Shown: positions 41,510-51,518, numbered from the stretch's first letter. The stretch is 64,000 nucleotides of DNA from an uncultured Acidobacteriota bacterium (GCA_963777605.1 CAVZRV010000029.1:128001-192000); one strand, 5' to 3'. A program made the numbers and translations. The notes: generated by a model from the sequence alone, not told the origin.

Positions 41510-42498
41510 GTGATGAAACTGGATGTTCCGCAGCCATTCGTGATCGGCCTGAATGCCGTGATCGTGGCCGTGACCGATGAGAATCCTCGGGTCCTGACGG
41601 TGCGAAGCCGGGATCACATCCTGGTTGCGGGACGGGATGACGCGGCGCTACCGTACGGACCCCTCGACCCGGTGAAAGACCGGACGCTCGAACGCTGCCT
41701 GCGCGGATGGGTGCAAGAGCAGACAGGTCTGGAGCTGGGGTATGTCGAACAGTTGTACACTTTTGGTGATCGGCACCGGGACCCGGTTGAACGCAAGGGC
41801 GGCCCCCGGGTGATCTCGATCGCCTATCTGGCGCTGGTCCGGGAAGGTTACCTGACCGGGAACAGCCACGCCCGCTGGCTCGACTACTACAGCTTTGTTC
41901 CCTGGGAAGACTGGAGAGAGGGGACGCCAAAGCAAGTCGAGCAGGAAATCCTGCCGCTGCTCGAAGAATGGATCAACACTGGAGGCGAACGTTCTCTTCG
42001 ACTGTCCCGGCGGGAGAGGGTCGATATCGCGTTCCGGATGAATGGTGGATCGTGGGACAGCGAACGCGTTCTCGAGCGCTATGAGTTGATGTATGAGGCG
42101 GGGATTGTCACCGAATCATTGCTCGACCGGTCCAAGCCCGGGGATGGCTCGACCCGGTCGTCTGTCCTTGAGCAGGGGCGGCCGATGGCTCTCGACCATC
42201 GGCGAATGGTGGCTACCGCGCTCGGCCGGCTGCGGGGCAAGATCAAGTACCGCCCCGTGGTCTTTGAGCTCCTTCCGGCCACTTTCACGCTTTTCCAACT
42301 GCAGCGCGTCGTGGAGGCGCTGGCCGGAGTACGTCTCCACAAACAGAATTTTCGACGGCTTGTGGACCGGGGGGGCTGGTCGAGGGAACCGGTCGGCTCG
42401 ATCTCCACACCGGAGGCCGTCCCGCCGAACTGTTCTGTTTCCGGCGCGAGGTACTCCGGGAGCGGAGAACCCCGGGAGTCGGCCTCCCTGGGAGCTAG
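41510..42498 (+). CDS. nadQ: NUDIX-like/wHTH NAD-biosynthesis repressor (frameshift at G7, 42369-42375)
   Basis: EQTGLELGYVEQLYTFGD, DHRRMVATALGRLRGKIKYRP, LHKQNFRR; adding one G gives TGGRPAELF and a stop at 42498; upstream of nadABC. Confidence 0.85.
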
Positions 42499-42612
42499 TG
42501 TCCGCTAATGTGCCGGCTAGTTCCAGGTTGGACTTGAATACCCGTTTGGTTTAGACTCATTCGTGAGATGTTCTCCTAACGCTGGCCTGCCCGCGTTATT
42601 TTTTGAAACCTT

Positions 42613-42633
42613 TTATGCTCAAAGTGAGTATAA
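42613..42633. promoter_or_regulatory. NadQ operator overlapping the nadA -10
   Basis: TTATGCTC-AAAGT-GAGTATAA palindrome matches ttATRCTCannntGAGYATaa; TATAAT at 42629-42634. Confidence 0.85.
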
Positions 42634-42645
42634 TAGTTAGAGGTA

Positions 42646-43669
42646 ATGGATTTGGCAAGAACAGAACTGGAATACACGCCCGCAGTCGCCCAGGCTACAG
42701 CGGCACTATACGAGAAGGTAAAGGCGGTTATCCCCGCGATCGAATGGCCGATCCATGCTCCTCTGATTGCCGCCATCAATGAACTCAAGGTCGAAAAGAA
42801 TGCCGTAATCCTGGCGCACAACTACCAGACTCCGGAGATCTTTCACGGGGTCGCCGATCTGTCCGGGGACTCACTGGCGCTGGCCAGGCTCGCGGCCGGG
42901 ACCGAAGCCGACGTCATCGTTCTGTGCGGGGTCCACTTCATGGCTGAGACAGCCAAGTTGCTCAATCCGGAGAAAACGGTCCTGATCCCCGACCTGGAAG
43001 CGGGATGCTCACTTGCTTCTTCGATCACTGGCGCCGACGTGCGGCTGCTCAAGGAACGATATCCTGGAGTGCCCGGTAGTGACCTACGTGAATACTTCGG
43101 CGGAAGTGAAAGCGGAATCTGATATCTGCTGCACTTCGGCTAACGCGGTTCAGGTTGTGGAAAGCCTGGGGGTGGATCGAGTCATCTTCATCCCCGATGA
43201 ATACCTGGGCCGGCACGTAGCATCCCAGACGGACGTGGACGTGATCCTTTGGAAGGGGCACTGCGAGGTGCACGAACGGTTCACCGGGGAGGAGATCCGC
43301 TCGTTCCGTGAGAACTATCCCGGAATCACCGTCCTGGCTCACCCGGAATGCCCTCCGGACGTTCTCGGGGAAGCCGACTTCGTGGGCTCGACTTCGGGAA
43401 TGGTTGACTACGTCGGGGATCGCCGTCCCCGGCGAGTCCTGATGGTCACCGAGTGCTCGATGAGCGACAACGTGGCGGTCGAGTACCCGAACCTCGAATT
43501 TATCCGCCCCTGTAACCTGTGCCCCCACATGAAGAAGATTTCCCTTGCCAATATCCTCTGGTCTCTGCAGAACGTGGCCCATCGAGTCGAGATCGATGCC
43601 GAGATGGCCCGTCGGGCGCGGAGATCAGTCGAAAGAATGCTCGAGATCGGACGGAGTAAAGTCCAATGA
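42646..43669 (+). CDS. nadA: Quinolinate synthase (frameshift ~43073)
   Basis: [27 protein letters not shown] | [23 protein letters not shown]; one extra base in GCCCGG. Confidence 0.95.
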
Positions 43670-45240
43670 AGAAACTCCGGGTCGACCAGACAGTCCGGTC
43701 GGATGTGGTAGTGATCGGGAGCGGCGTTGCCGGGTTGACGGCAGCCCTGAGTCTCTCTCCCCTCTCGCTGACGCTTCTGACCAAAGGCAAATTGGGCCGC
43801 GCGAGCTCGAGTTGGCTTGCTCAGGGCGGAATCGCAGTGGCTTGGGACGCGAAGGATTCGCCCGCCTCCCATGCCCGGGATACCCTGGCTGTGGGCGGCG
43901 GACTGTCCGACCGGGACGCAGTCGACCTGATCACCCAGAATGGCCCGGAACGGATTGCGCAGCTACTCGAATTGGGCGCCCAGTTCGACAAGGATGACGA
44001 GGGGCACCTTCGTCTCGGACGGGAGGCGGCCCACTCTCGACGGCGAATCGTCCACGCCAATGGGGACGCTACCGGTGCTGCCGTCGTGGATGCCCTGGTT
44101 GGCGCGGTGCGCGGACTTCCTTCGCTCGCACTCTACGAGGATTGGGGAGTTTTGGACCTCCTGGTTGACGGAAACCGCGTTTTGGGGGTGCTTGCCGCCG
44201 GACCGGACGGAAACCTGACCGCTTTTCTCGGCGGCGCGACTGTTCTCGCTACGGGTGGAGTGGGCGGACTCTACTCCTGGACGACCAATCCGTTGGAATC
44301 GACCGGCGACGGCCTGGCGATGGCGGCCCGGGCGGGGGCCCGGCTGGCCGACCTGGAATTTGTTCAGTTCCACCCGACCGCGCTGGACGCCAAATCCAAT
44401 CCACTTCCCCTGCTGACGGAGGCGCTCCGGGGTGAGGGATCGATTCTGGTCAATTCCCAGGGCGACCGGTTCATGGTTGACCAGCATCCGCTGGCTGAAC
44501 TCGGGCCTCGCGACGTTGTGGCTCGGGCGATCTGGGCCCAGTTGGAAGGCGGGGAACAGGTATTTCTGGATGCTACCAAAGCAGTCGGTGCCACCTTCCC
44601 GGAACGGTTTCCGACGGTATTTCGATTCTGCCGTGAACTGGGCCTCGATCCTCGGCGCGAGCGGATTCCGGTGACCCCGGCTGCCCACTACCACATCGGC
44701 GGAGTGGAATCGGACTGCGCGGGCCGCACCTCTCTCGAGGGACTTTGGGTCTGCGGCGAGGTCGCCGCTACCGGCGTTCACGGGGCCAACCGTCTCGCCA
44801 GCAATTCCCTGCTCGAAGCCCTCGTCTTTGGCAAGCGGGTTGCCGAGGACGTCAAGGACGCCTGGAGACCTCGCAAGATCCGGGCTCCCTTTGCCAGCGG
44901 GCTCGAACTCGGTGTGACCTTTGGGAGGGACGAACTCAAGGAGCGAATTCGTCGCCTGATGTGGGAGCGGGTTGGACTGATCCGTGACGAGTCAGGGTTG
45001 AATGAAGCGCTCAATGAGTTCAACGAGCGGGAGTCGGACCGTTCGATCGGCCTCGGGGAGGTGCGCAACATGATCACGGTTGGACGTCTGATCGCAACGG
45101 CGGCGCAGATGCGGCAGGAAAGCCGTGGGGTGCACTTCCGGAGCGACTACCCCGAAGCCAGCGAGTCGTGGAGCCATCGCCTGGTCCTGACCGATCCCTT
45201 GTCCTACTCCGGCGAAGGGGCTCTTGCCAGGGCTTTCTGA
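43666..45240 (+). CDS. nadB: L-aspartate oxidase
   Basis: GSGVAGL, AQGGIA, EAAHS, QFHPT, TEALRGEG, AHYHIGG, HGANRLASNSLLE. Confidence 0.97.
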   Translation: MKKLRVDQTVRSDVVVIGSGVAGLTAALSLSPLSLTLLTKGKLGRASSSWLAQGGIAVAWDAKDSPASHARDTLAVGGGLSDRDAVDLITQNGPERIAQLLELGAQFDKDDEGHLRLGREAAHSRRRIVHANGDATGAAVVDALVGAVRGLPSLALYEDWGVLDLLVDGNRVLGVLAAGPDGNLTAFLGGATVLATGGVGGLYSWTTNPLESTGDGLAMAARAGARLADLEFVQFHPTALDAKSNPLPLLTEALRGEGSILVNSQGDRFMVDQHPLAELGPRDVVARAIWAQLEGGEQVFLDATKAVGATFPERFPTVFRFCRELGLDPRRERIPVTPAAHYHIGGVESDCAGRTSLEGLWVCGEVAATGVHGANRLASNSLLEALVFGKRVAEDVKDAWRPRKIRAPFASGLELGVTFGRDELKERIRRLMWERVGLIRDESGLNEALNEFNERESDRSIGLGEVRNMITVGRLIATAAQMRQESRGVHFRSDYPEASESWSHRLVLTDPLSYSGEGALARAF

Positions 45241-45345
45241 TGACACCTTTCCCCGACCGTCCTGCCCTTGTGTCGTGCACCTTGGGTTCCTGACGGCTAG
45301 AAAAGCGATTTAACAGAAGATTTTCAAATAGGTGCGGAGGATCGA

Positions 45346-46194
45346 ATGAAACTGCCCCGGATTCTGTGCGAAGACCTCGTTCGTCGTGCTCTCATGGAAG
45401 ACCTAGGTCGGGTCGGGGACCTGACGTCCGATGCCATCATCCCGCTTGGGGCTCGGGCCAAGGGCAGGTTGGTCAGCCGGGAAGATGGGTGCGCGGCCGG
45501 TCTCCTGGTTTCGACACTTGCCTTCCAGATCATGGACCCCCAGGTGGAGGTGGAACTCCTGGCCGGCGATGGGGACCGGATCAAGGAAGGGCAGTTGCTG
45601 GCCCTGGTCGAGGGTGAAGCCCGCTCGATTCTTGCTGCGGAACGCACCGCTCTCAATTTTCTGGCTCTCCTTTCGGGTATCGCCACGGCCACGCGCTGGA
45701 TCGTCGATCGCCTCGACGGGCACCCGGCCAAGATTGTCTGCACTCGCAAGACCACCCCCGGACTCCGGACGCTGGAGAAGTACGCTGTACGAAGCGGGGG
45801 AGGCTTCAACCACCGGTTTGGACTCGATGACGCCGTGCTGATCAAGGACAATCACCTGGCGGTGGCGGGCAGCATCGAGGAGGCCGTGCGCCGGGTTCGC
45901 TACAACGTCGGGCACATGGTCAAGGTGGAAGTCGAGGTTGACACGATGGAACAGCTGGCTGTTGCCGTGAAGCAACCGATCGACGCGGTGCTCCTCGACA
46001 ACATGTCGATCGACCAGGTCCGTGAGGCGGTCCGGTTCGTGAACCGGAAGCTGATCACCGAGGTGTCGGGAGGAATCACACCTGATTTGGCGGTGGAATA
46101 TGCGGCCGCCGGCGTTGACCTGATCTCCCTCGGATGGCTCACCCACAGTGCTCCGGCGCTCGACGTCTCGCTCGATGTCGAAGCCGTCTCCTGA
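45346..46194 (+). CDS. nadC: Quinolinate phosphoribosyltransferase
   Basis: ERTALN, TRKTTPGLR, NHRFGLDD, IKDNH, LLDN, SGGI. Confidence 0.98.
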   Translation: MKLPRILCEDLVRRALMEDLGRVGDLTSDAIIPLGARAKGRLVSREDGCAAGLLVSTLAFQIMDPQVEVELLAGDGDRIKEGQLLALVEGEARSILAAERTALNFLALLSGIATATRWIVDRLDGHPAKIVCTRKTTPGLRTLEKYAVRSGGGFNHRFGLDDAVLIKDNHLAVAGSIEEAVRRVRYNVGHMVKVEVEVDTMEQLAVAVKQPIDAVLLDNMSIDQVREAVRFVNRKLITEVSGGITPDLAVEYAAAGVDLISLGWLTHSAPALDVSLDVEAVS

Positions 46195-46214
46195 ATCTTG
46201 TGGCGCCCTCGTTT

Positions 46215-46241
46215 AAACTATTTGGCCCTCTGAAGCGTCTA
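46215..46241 (+). promoter_or_regulatory. Putative ECF-sigma promoter
   Basis: AAAC-N17-CGTCTA upstream of the sigma-4-only gene. Confidence 0.5.
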
Positions 46242-46296
46242 TCAGAATAAAGGGTTCCACGGGAGCGTAACTCTCGAATAGGAAAAGGAGGCGGCA

Positions 46297-46539
46297 ATGG
46301 CCCAACCATTGATGGGGTTTACACATCAGCGTCGGGATGCACTGTTCCGGCATATCATGCATGCCTTGAAGGAAATGCCTGCGGAGCTTCGCGAAGTGTT
46401 CATGCTTCGGCACTACGAGCACATGTCAGCCGATGAAATCGCCGGTCGGATGAGCCTCGATGCGGCCAACCTGGCTGAACTCGTGGAGAGGGCAAACGGG
46501 ACTTTCTTCAAAAACCTTCACGACTGTGACCGAGCCTGA
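46297..46539 (+). CDS. Stand-alone sigma-70 region 4 domain protein
   Basis: ALKEMPAELREVFMLRHYEHMSADEIAGRM matches ECF region 4; AAGGAGG SD; no region 2. Confidence 0.75.
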   Translation: MAQPLMGFTHQRRDALFRHIMHALKEMPAELREVFMLRHYEHMSADEIAGRMSLDAANLAELVERANGTFFKNLHDCDRA

Positions 46540-46596
46540 AGAGCTGGGTGTTTTCCGCGTTAGCCAACCAGTGCCGTTCGACTTGTCCTGACTGCG

Positions 46597-47028
46597 ATGC
46601 GTCATCCGAATCCTTCCTCCCTCGAACTTGAAGTCCTTGCGGGATCTTATGCAGTGACTCGACTTGACTCAGATACCGCCATGCCGGACTGGCTTCCGGT
46701 GGCGGGGTTCACCGCGTTGGTACGAACGCCCCGGGAGTTGTCGGTCGTCTGCCGGGAAGACTCCGTCCCTACCCATCTCAGGTCGGAACGGGGATGGCGC
46801 TGTGTGGGAGTCCTCGGCACCCTTGATTTCTCCCTGGTTGGAATCCTGTCCGGACTCACGTCGATCCTTGCCGCTGAAGGGATCAGTGTCTTTGCGGTGT
46901 CCACCTTTGACACCGACTACTTCCTGGTGCGGGGATTCGACCTCGACCGGGCTCTTAGCGCTCTCGAAAGCGCGGGGCACCGCGTCTTGAAATCGTCTGA
47001 GGACCCGCCCTGCAGATCTCTCAGTTGA
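46597..47028 (+). CDS. ACT-domain protein (CASTOR/DUF2241-like)
   Basis: [35 protein letters not shown]. Confidence 0.85.
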   Translation: MRHPNPSSLELEVLAGSYAVTRLDSDTAMPDWLPVAGFTALVRTPRELSVVCREDSVPTHLRSERGWRCVGVLGTLDFSLVGILSGLTSILAAEGISVFAVSTFDTDYFLVRGFDLDRALSALESAGHRVLKSSEDPPCRSLS

Positions 47029-48250
47029 CCCGAATTCGGCCGAACTTGCGCTTTCCGACCCGAAGGACAAACTCGTCCAGAGTCCCGGAGACGACCTCGA
47101 ACGCCGGGTCTGAGACCCTGTCACCGTTGATCGAGACGCCTCCCTGCTTGATCAGGCGGCGGGCTTCCGACTTGGATGCGGCGAACTCGACCTGGGCGAT
47201 GACATCGGCCAGCAGCAACGGCCCGCCGGGAGACGAAACCTGGAACAAGGCCATTTCTTCCGGCTCTTCCCTCTGTCGAAACACCCGGTCGAAATGTTCT
47301 TCCGCCGACTTGGCGGCCTCGACCGAGTGAAACCCCTTCACGATCGCGAACGCAAGTGATGCCTTTGCCTTTACAGGGTGCAGTTCGCCGCTCTTGACCT
47401 GTTCTTGCAGGCGGGCAATCTCTGCACGCGATCGGTCGGTCAGCACTTCGTAGTAGCGCCACATGAGTTCATCGGTGATCGACATGAGCTTGCCATACAT
47501 TTCCTCGGGGGGGTCAGTGATTCCCACGTAGTTGCCGAGCGACTTGCTCATTTTCTCGACGCCGTCCAATCCCTCGAGAATCGGCACCATCAACAGGACC
47601 TGCGGAACCTGGCCGTACTCCCGCTGGATGTCCCTGCCCACCAGCAGGTTGAACTTCTGGTCGGTGCCACCCATTTCGAAGTCGGCCTTCAGGTAGACAC
47701 TGTCGAAAGCCTGGGCCAATGGATAGATCAGCTCATGAATGGAAATCGGCTGCTGGCTCGCCATTCGTTTGGAGAAATCGTCCCGCTCGAGCATTCGGGC
47801 GACGGTGTAGCGACCGCACAGACGAATGAAGTCGTCGGCGTTCAACTGTCCCAGCCATCGGCTGTTGAAGTCGATGACCGTCTTCTCCGGGTCGAGGATC
47901 TTGAATACCTGCGTCTTGTATGTTTCCGCGTTCACCAGGATCTCTTCCCGGGTCATCGGCGGCCGGGTCTTGTTGCGCCCGGTCGGGTCGCCGATCAGTC
48001 CAGTGAAGTCGCCGATTACGAAGACGACCCGATGGCCCAGGTCCTGAAAGTGCTTCATCTTTCGAATCAGCACGGTGTGCCCCAGGTGAAGGTCAGGTGC
48101 CGTCGGGTCAAAACCAACCTTTACCGTCAGTCTCGTTCCGGTCTTCGCGGACCAGGTAAGTTTCTGGCGCAACTCGTCTTCGGTAATCACCTCCGCTGCG
48201 CCTTTCGCGAGGTAAGCCAACTGTTCTTCGATTGTCAGGTCCACCGGCAT
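47021..48250 (-). CDS. tyrS: Tyrosine--tRNA ligase
   Basis: [27 protein letters not shown]-terminal S4 domain. Confidence 0.98.
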   Translation of the reverse strand: MPVDLTIEEQLAYLAKGAAEVITEDELRQKLTWSAKTGTRLTVKVGFDPTAPDLHLGHTVLIRKMKHFQDLGHRVVFVIGDFTGLIGDPTGRNKTRPPMTREEILVNAETYKTQVFKILDPEKTVIDFNSRWLGQLNADDFIRLCGRYTVARMLERDDFSKRMASQQPISIHELIYPLAQAFDSVYLKADFEMGGTDQKFNLLVGRDIQREYGQVPQVLLMVPILEGLDGVEKMSKSLGNYVGITDPPEEMYGKLMSITDELMWRYYEVLTDRSRAEIARLQEQVKSGELHPVKAKASLAFAIVKGFHSVEAAKSAEEHFDRVFRQREEPEEMALFQVSSPGGPLLLADVIAQVEFAASKSEARRLIKQGGVSINGDRVSDPAFEVVSGTLDEFVLRVGKRKFGRIRVN

Positions 48251-48259
48251 AGATGGGTC

Positions 48260-48289
48260 ATTATAGAGATTCGCTCAAGCCCTTCGCAA
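48260..48289 (-). promoter_or_regulatory. tyrS promoter giving a near-leaderless mRNA
   Basis: TTGCGA-N18-TATAAT ending 9 nt before the ATG; no SD. Confidence 0.55.
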
Positions 48290-48594
48290 AGTCGGCAGGG
48301 GTCGGCTGTTGAATCTTCGACGGACTCAAGGTATAGGATTGCTTTCGAGGAATCCCGGGGAGTCCTGATGAAGCGGTTAGGGTCCCTGCTCCAGGACGAA
48401 TGACCGGATTTCCGGGCACGTGTTTTCAAGGATCTTCCAATCCCGGGCTTGCAGGTCGGATTACGCGGACGTATCCTCATGAAACGTCTCCGGGGTTTCC
48501 AGTGTCTCCGGGCGCCCGACCCTGGGCGCTCTGAGCCGCCACTCCGGGGAGGCGGCCTGCGGTCGGTATCTTTTATTGAGGGGGATCATGTTAG

Positions 48595-49707
48595 ATGACG
48601 ACAATTCCTGAGAAACTCCTGAACAAGCAGGGTCGACTGACCTCGCTGGACTTCTTTCGCGGCATGACCATGTTTCTGCTGGTGGCGGAGAGCGCCGGGA
48701 TTTACGAGTCGCTCCTGTCTCCTGAAACGAAGGGGACCTGGATCGCGACGATTGCGACTCAGTTTACGCACCATCCGTGGAACGGCCTCCATTTCTGGGA
48801 CCTCGTGCAGCCCTTCTTCATGTTCATCGTGGGCGTGGCAATGCCGTTTTCCTTTGCCAAGCGCTGGGACCGGGGCGACAGCTACTCCGTGACCCTGAAG
48901 CACGCTCTGATGCGCTCGTTTCTCCTGCTCGCGTTCGGAGTGGGCCTGTACGTTCAGGCAGCGGGTCACCTTGTTTTCGAGTTGTGGAACGTCCTCGCTC
49001 AACTCTCCTTCACCTACCTGGTGGCCTTCCTGATGATGCGCAAATCGTTGCGTACCCAATTAATCTTCACGATTGGCCTGCTGGTTCTCAGTGAAGCCCT
49101 CTACCGATTGTGGCCGATAGCCGGGTTCAACCAGCCCTTCACTCCGGATCAGAACTTCGGATCCTGGGTCGATTATCTCTTGATGGGCAAGCTCTCCGGA
49201 GGTCACTGGGTCGCGTTCAACGCGATTCCGACGACTGCCCACACGATGTGGGGAGTCATGGCAGGTTACGTGCTGATGAGCAGTCGGACCTGGACCAAGA
49301 AGATCCAGACCCTGATGATCTGGGGTTTGATCGGAGTCGTGATCGGCTACAGCCTGGATCCCATCACCCCGATCATCAAGCGCATTTGTACCTCTTCCTT
49401 TGTGATCGTTTCCGGCGGCTGGTGTCTGATTGCGCTGGCGCTCTGCTACTGGGTCATCGATGTCAAGGGATACAAGCGGTGGCTGAAGTTCGCCATTGTT
49501 TTCGGGATGAACCCGCTGTTTATCTACATCTTCGCTCATCTCGGAGGGGATGCCTGGCTCCACACCGTGGTTGCGCCCTTCACCGAAGGGTTCCTTTTCT
49601 GGGGAGGAACGGTATTCGTGGAATTCATCACCGCCGCCATTGTCCTCTGGATGGACTGGTACCTGGTCAACTGGCTCTTTGAGCGGAAGATATTCATCCG
49701 GCTCTGA
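48595..49707 (+). CDS. HGSNAT/DUF5009-family membrane acetyltransferase
   Basis: RLTSLDFFRG, HHPWNG, WDLVQPFFMFIVG, PIIKRICTSSF, GMNPL; multiple TM helices. Confidence 0.85.
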   Translation: MTTIPEKLLNKQGRLTSLDFFRGMTMFLLVAESAGIYESLLSPETKGTWIATIATQFTHHPWNGLHFWDLVQPFFMFIVGVAMPFSFAKRWDRGDSYSVTLKHALMRSFLLLAFGVGLYVQAAGHLVFELWNVLAQLSFTYLVAFLMMRKSLRTQLIFTIGLLVLSEALYRLWPIAGFNQPFTPDQNFGSWVDYLLMGKLSGGHWVAFNAIPTTAHTMWGVMAGYVLMSSRTWTKKIQTLMIWGLIGVVIGYSLDPITPIIKRICTSSFVIVSGGWCLIALALCYWVIDVKGYKRWLKFAIVFGMNPLFIYIFAHLGGDAWLHTVVAPFTEGFLFWGGTVFVEFITAAIVLWMDWYLVNWLFERKIFIRL

Positions 49708-49737
49708 CGGCCGGTTTCTCCCGGAGGGAATAACTCA

Positions 49738-50842
49738 ATGAAATATCGATGGATCATCGCGGTACTTCTCCTCTGCGTGGGCGGCCTGATAGCCGCCGCG
49801 CAGGAGGGAGAGACGGACACGCCCGAAACACTTCTCCTGAAGGACTACCGACCCGAGTCGGCCTACCAGATCCCCCAGACCCAGGTTGACCGTGCCCGTT
49901 ATCCGGCGATCGACATGCATTCTCACGATGTACGCCAAGACGGACGAAGAGATCGCCCGGTGGGTCAAACTCATGGACGAGGTCGGGATTGAGAAGACGA
50001 TCGTCATGACCTACGCCACCGGGGAGAAGTTTGATCAGATCTATGCCCAGTACGCCGGGAAGTACCCGGGCCGGTTCGACGTCTGGTGCGGATTCGACTA
50101 CACCGGCTATGACCAGCCTGGCTACGGGGAAGCGGCGGTCCGGGAACTGGAACGCTGCGTCCGGGTTGGGGCCCGCGGAGTGGGCGAACTGGGAGACAAG
50201 GGTAAAGGTCTCTTTTACAGCACGCCTACGAAGGCTTGGGGAATGCACATCAACGACCCCAGAATGGACCCCTTGTTGGAGAAGTGCGCCGATCTGGGCC
50301 TTCCGATCAACATTCACGTGGCCGAGCCCTACTGGATGTACCTCCCGATGGATGCGCACAACGACGGCTTGATGAACGCCTTCGAGTGGCGTCTCGACAA
50401 CCAGCCTGGAATCTTGACCCACGAGGAGTTGATGCAGACCCTGGAAGGTGCCTGTGAACGTCATCCCCGGACGACGTTTATTGCCTGCCACTTTGCCAAC
50501 TGCTCATACGATCTGAACCGATTGGGGACCATGCTCGATCGTTTCCCGAACCTCTATGCCGACATCGCGGCCCGCTACGCCGAGACCGCGACGATTCCCA
50601 GGTTCGTGGCGAAGTTCTACCAGAAGTACCAGGATCGGCTCGTCTATGGGACCGACATGGAAGCGAATCCGGGCATGTACCGGATCACCTTCCGAATCCT
50701 GGAATCAGGTGACGAGCATTTCTACGAGCAAGGGCAATTCGGCTACCACTGGGCGCTCAACGCATTCGCACTTCCCGACAACGTTCTCCGCAAGGTCTAC
50801 CGCGAGAACGCGCTCAAGATCATTGCCTCCACCAAGAACTAA
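49738..50842 (+). CDS. Secreted amidohydrolase-2 family protein (frameshift ~49928)
   Basis: Signal peptide; IDMHSH then YAKTDEEI in another frame; GVGE, NIHVAEP, IACHFAN, YGTD. Confidence 0.8.
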
Positions 50843-50869
50843 GGGGGGAGTCAGCAGGGAGAGGAAGAC

Positions 50870-50926
50870 GTTCTCAAGTCAGCCCCGCCCCGGCGGCGCT
50901 GCGGGGATCATTCACAGAGTGAAACT
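50870..50926 (+). repeat. Dispersed ~55-bp repeat, copy A
   Basis: TCAAGTCAGCCCCGCCCCGGCGGCGCTGCGGGGATCATTCACAGAGTGAAACT. Confidence 0.8.
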
Positions 50927-50947
50927 GTGGGGCAACCACCAGACCAC

Positions 50948-51227
50948 CGCGCCAACGGCGCAGGGTCATTTCCAGCCCGGGGGCAACGCCCCGGGAAAGG
51001 GTGCCGAGGTGGCGATGCAGCACTGAAAGTGCGATTCATCCGACCCCGGTCACATGGCAGGGTCACCTGCCAAAGCGCAATCATGGAGGCGAAACCCGGT
51101 GGCCGACTCGTCATCACCGCCGGGCGTTTCCAATTTGAATCGCGCTTTCATCGCTCTTGGACCATGCGATCGACGCAGTTCCTGGGGCGCTGCCCCAGGC
51201 TCGAAATGACCCTGCACCTTCGGTGCG
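50948..51227. mobile_element. Non-autonomous REPIN/MITE-like element with ~90-bp inverted arms, each carrying three hairpins
   Basis: Left arm 50948-51038 and right arm 51136-51227 are inverted copies (CAGGGTCATTTC / GAAATGACCCTG); no transposase between them. Confidence 0.75.
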
Positions 51228-51314
51228 AAAACCTTCTGCGAACTCGATTCCACCGCCTCGGCCTCACACACGACGCAACCGAACCCTCCCAACCATCCAG
51301 TTCTTCCAAATTGA

Positions 51315-51370
51315 AGTTTCAAGTCTGCCCCGCCCCCGGCGGCCGCCGGACCATTCAGAGAGTGAAACTC
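51315..51370 (+). repeat. Dispersed ~55-bp repeat, copy B (AGTTTCA/TGAAACT ends)
   Basis: AGTTTCAAGTCTGCCCCGCCCCCGGCGGCCGCCGGACCATTCAGAGAGTGAAACTC. Confidence 0.85.
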
Positions 51371-51473
51371 CGCCGCAAGAACCCGGGGCCGTGGCTGCGC
51401 CTTAACCCCGGCTCTGTGTCTGTCTCGGGTTCTCGGGTCTCCGGTCTCCGGGTTTGGTGGCTTCGATCACGGA

Positions 51474-51496
51474 GACAAGCTGGAAGCTTATCCTAC
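51474..51496 (-). repeat. GTAG-type REP sequence
   Basis: Minus strand GTAG-GATAAGC-TTCCA-GCTTGTC; adjacent TCTCGGG/TCTCCGG heptamer run at 51423-51451. Confidence 0.7.
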
Positions 51497-51518
51497 CGTG
51501 GTTTCACGTTAGCCCCCC

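Noticed and set aside
48251-48590. T-box leader for tyrS
   Set aside because: No T-box motif seen, and a promoter sits directly at the start codon
50870-51370. GTTTCA...TGAAAC repeats as a CRISPR array
   Set aside because: Units are ~55 bp, divergent and ~390 bp apart; no cas genes in the window
51315-51370. Hammerhead ribozyme (stem followed by GAAAC)
   Set aside because: The CUGANGA core is missing before the stem in all three copies
51398-51514. Integron attC site (TAAC...GTTAGCC)
   Set aside because: Inverse core does not match RYYYAAC, there is no extended complementarity, and no integrase or cassette ORFs are present
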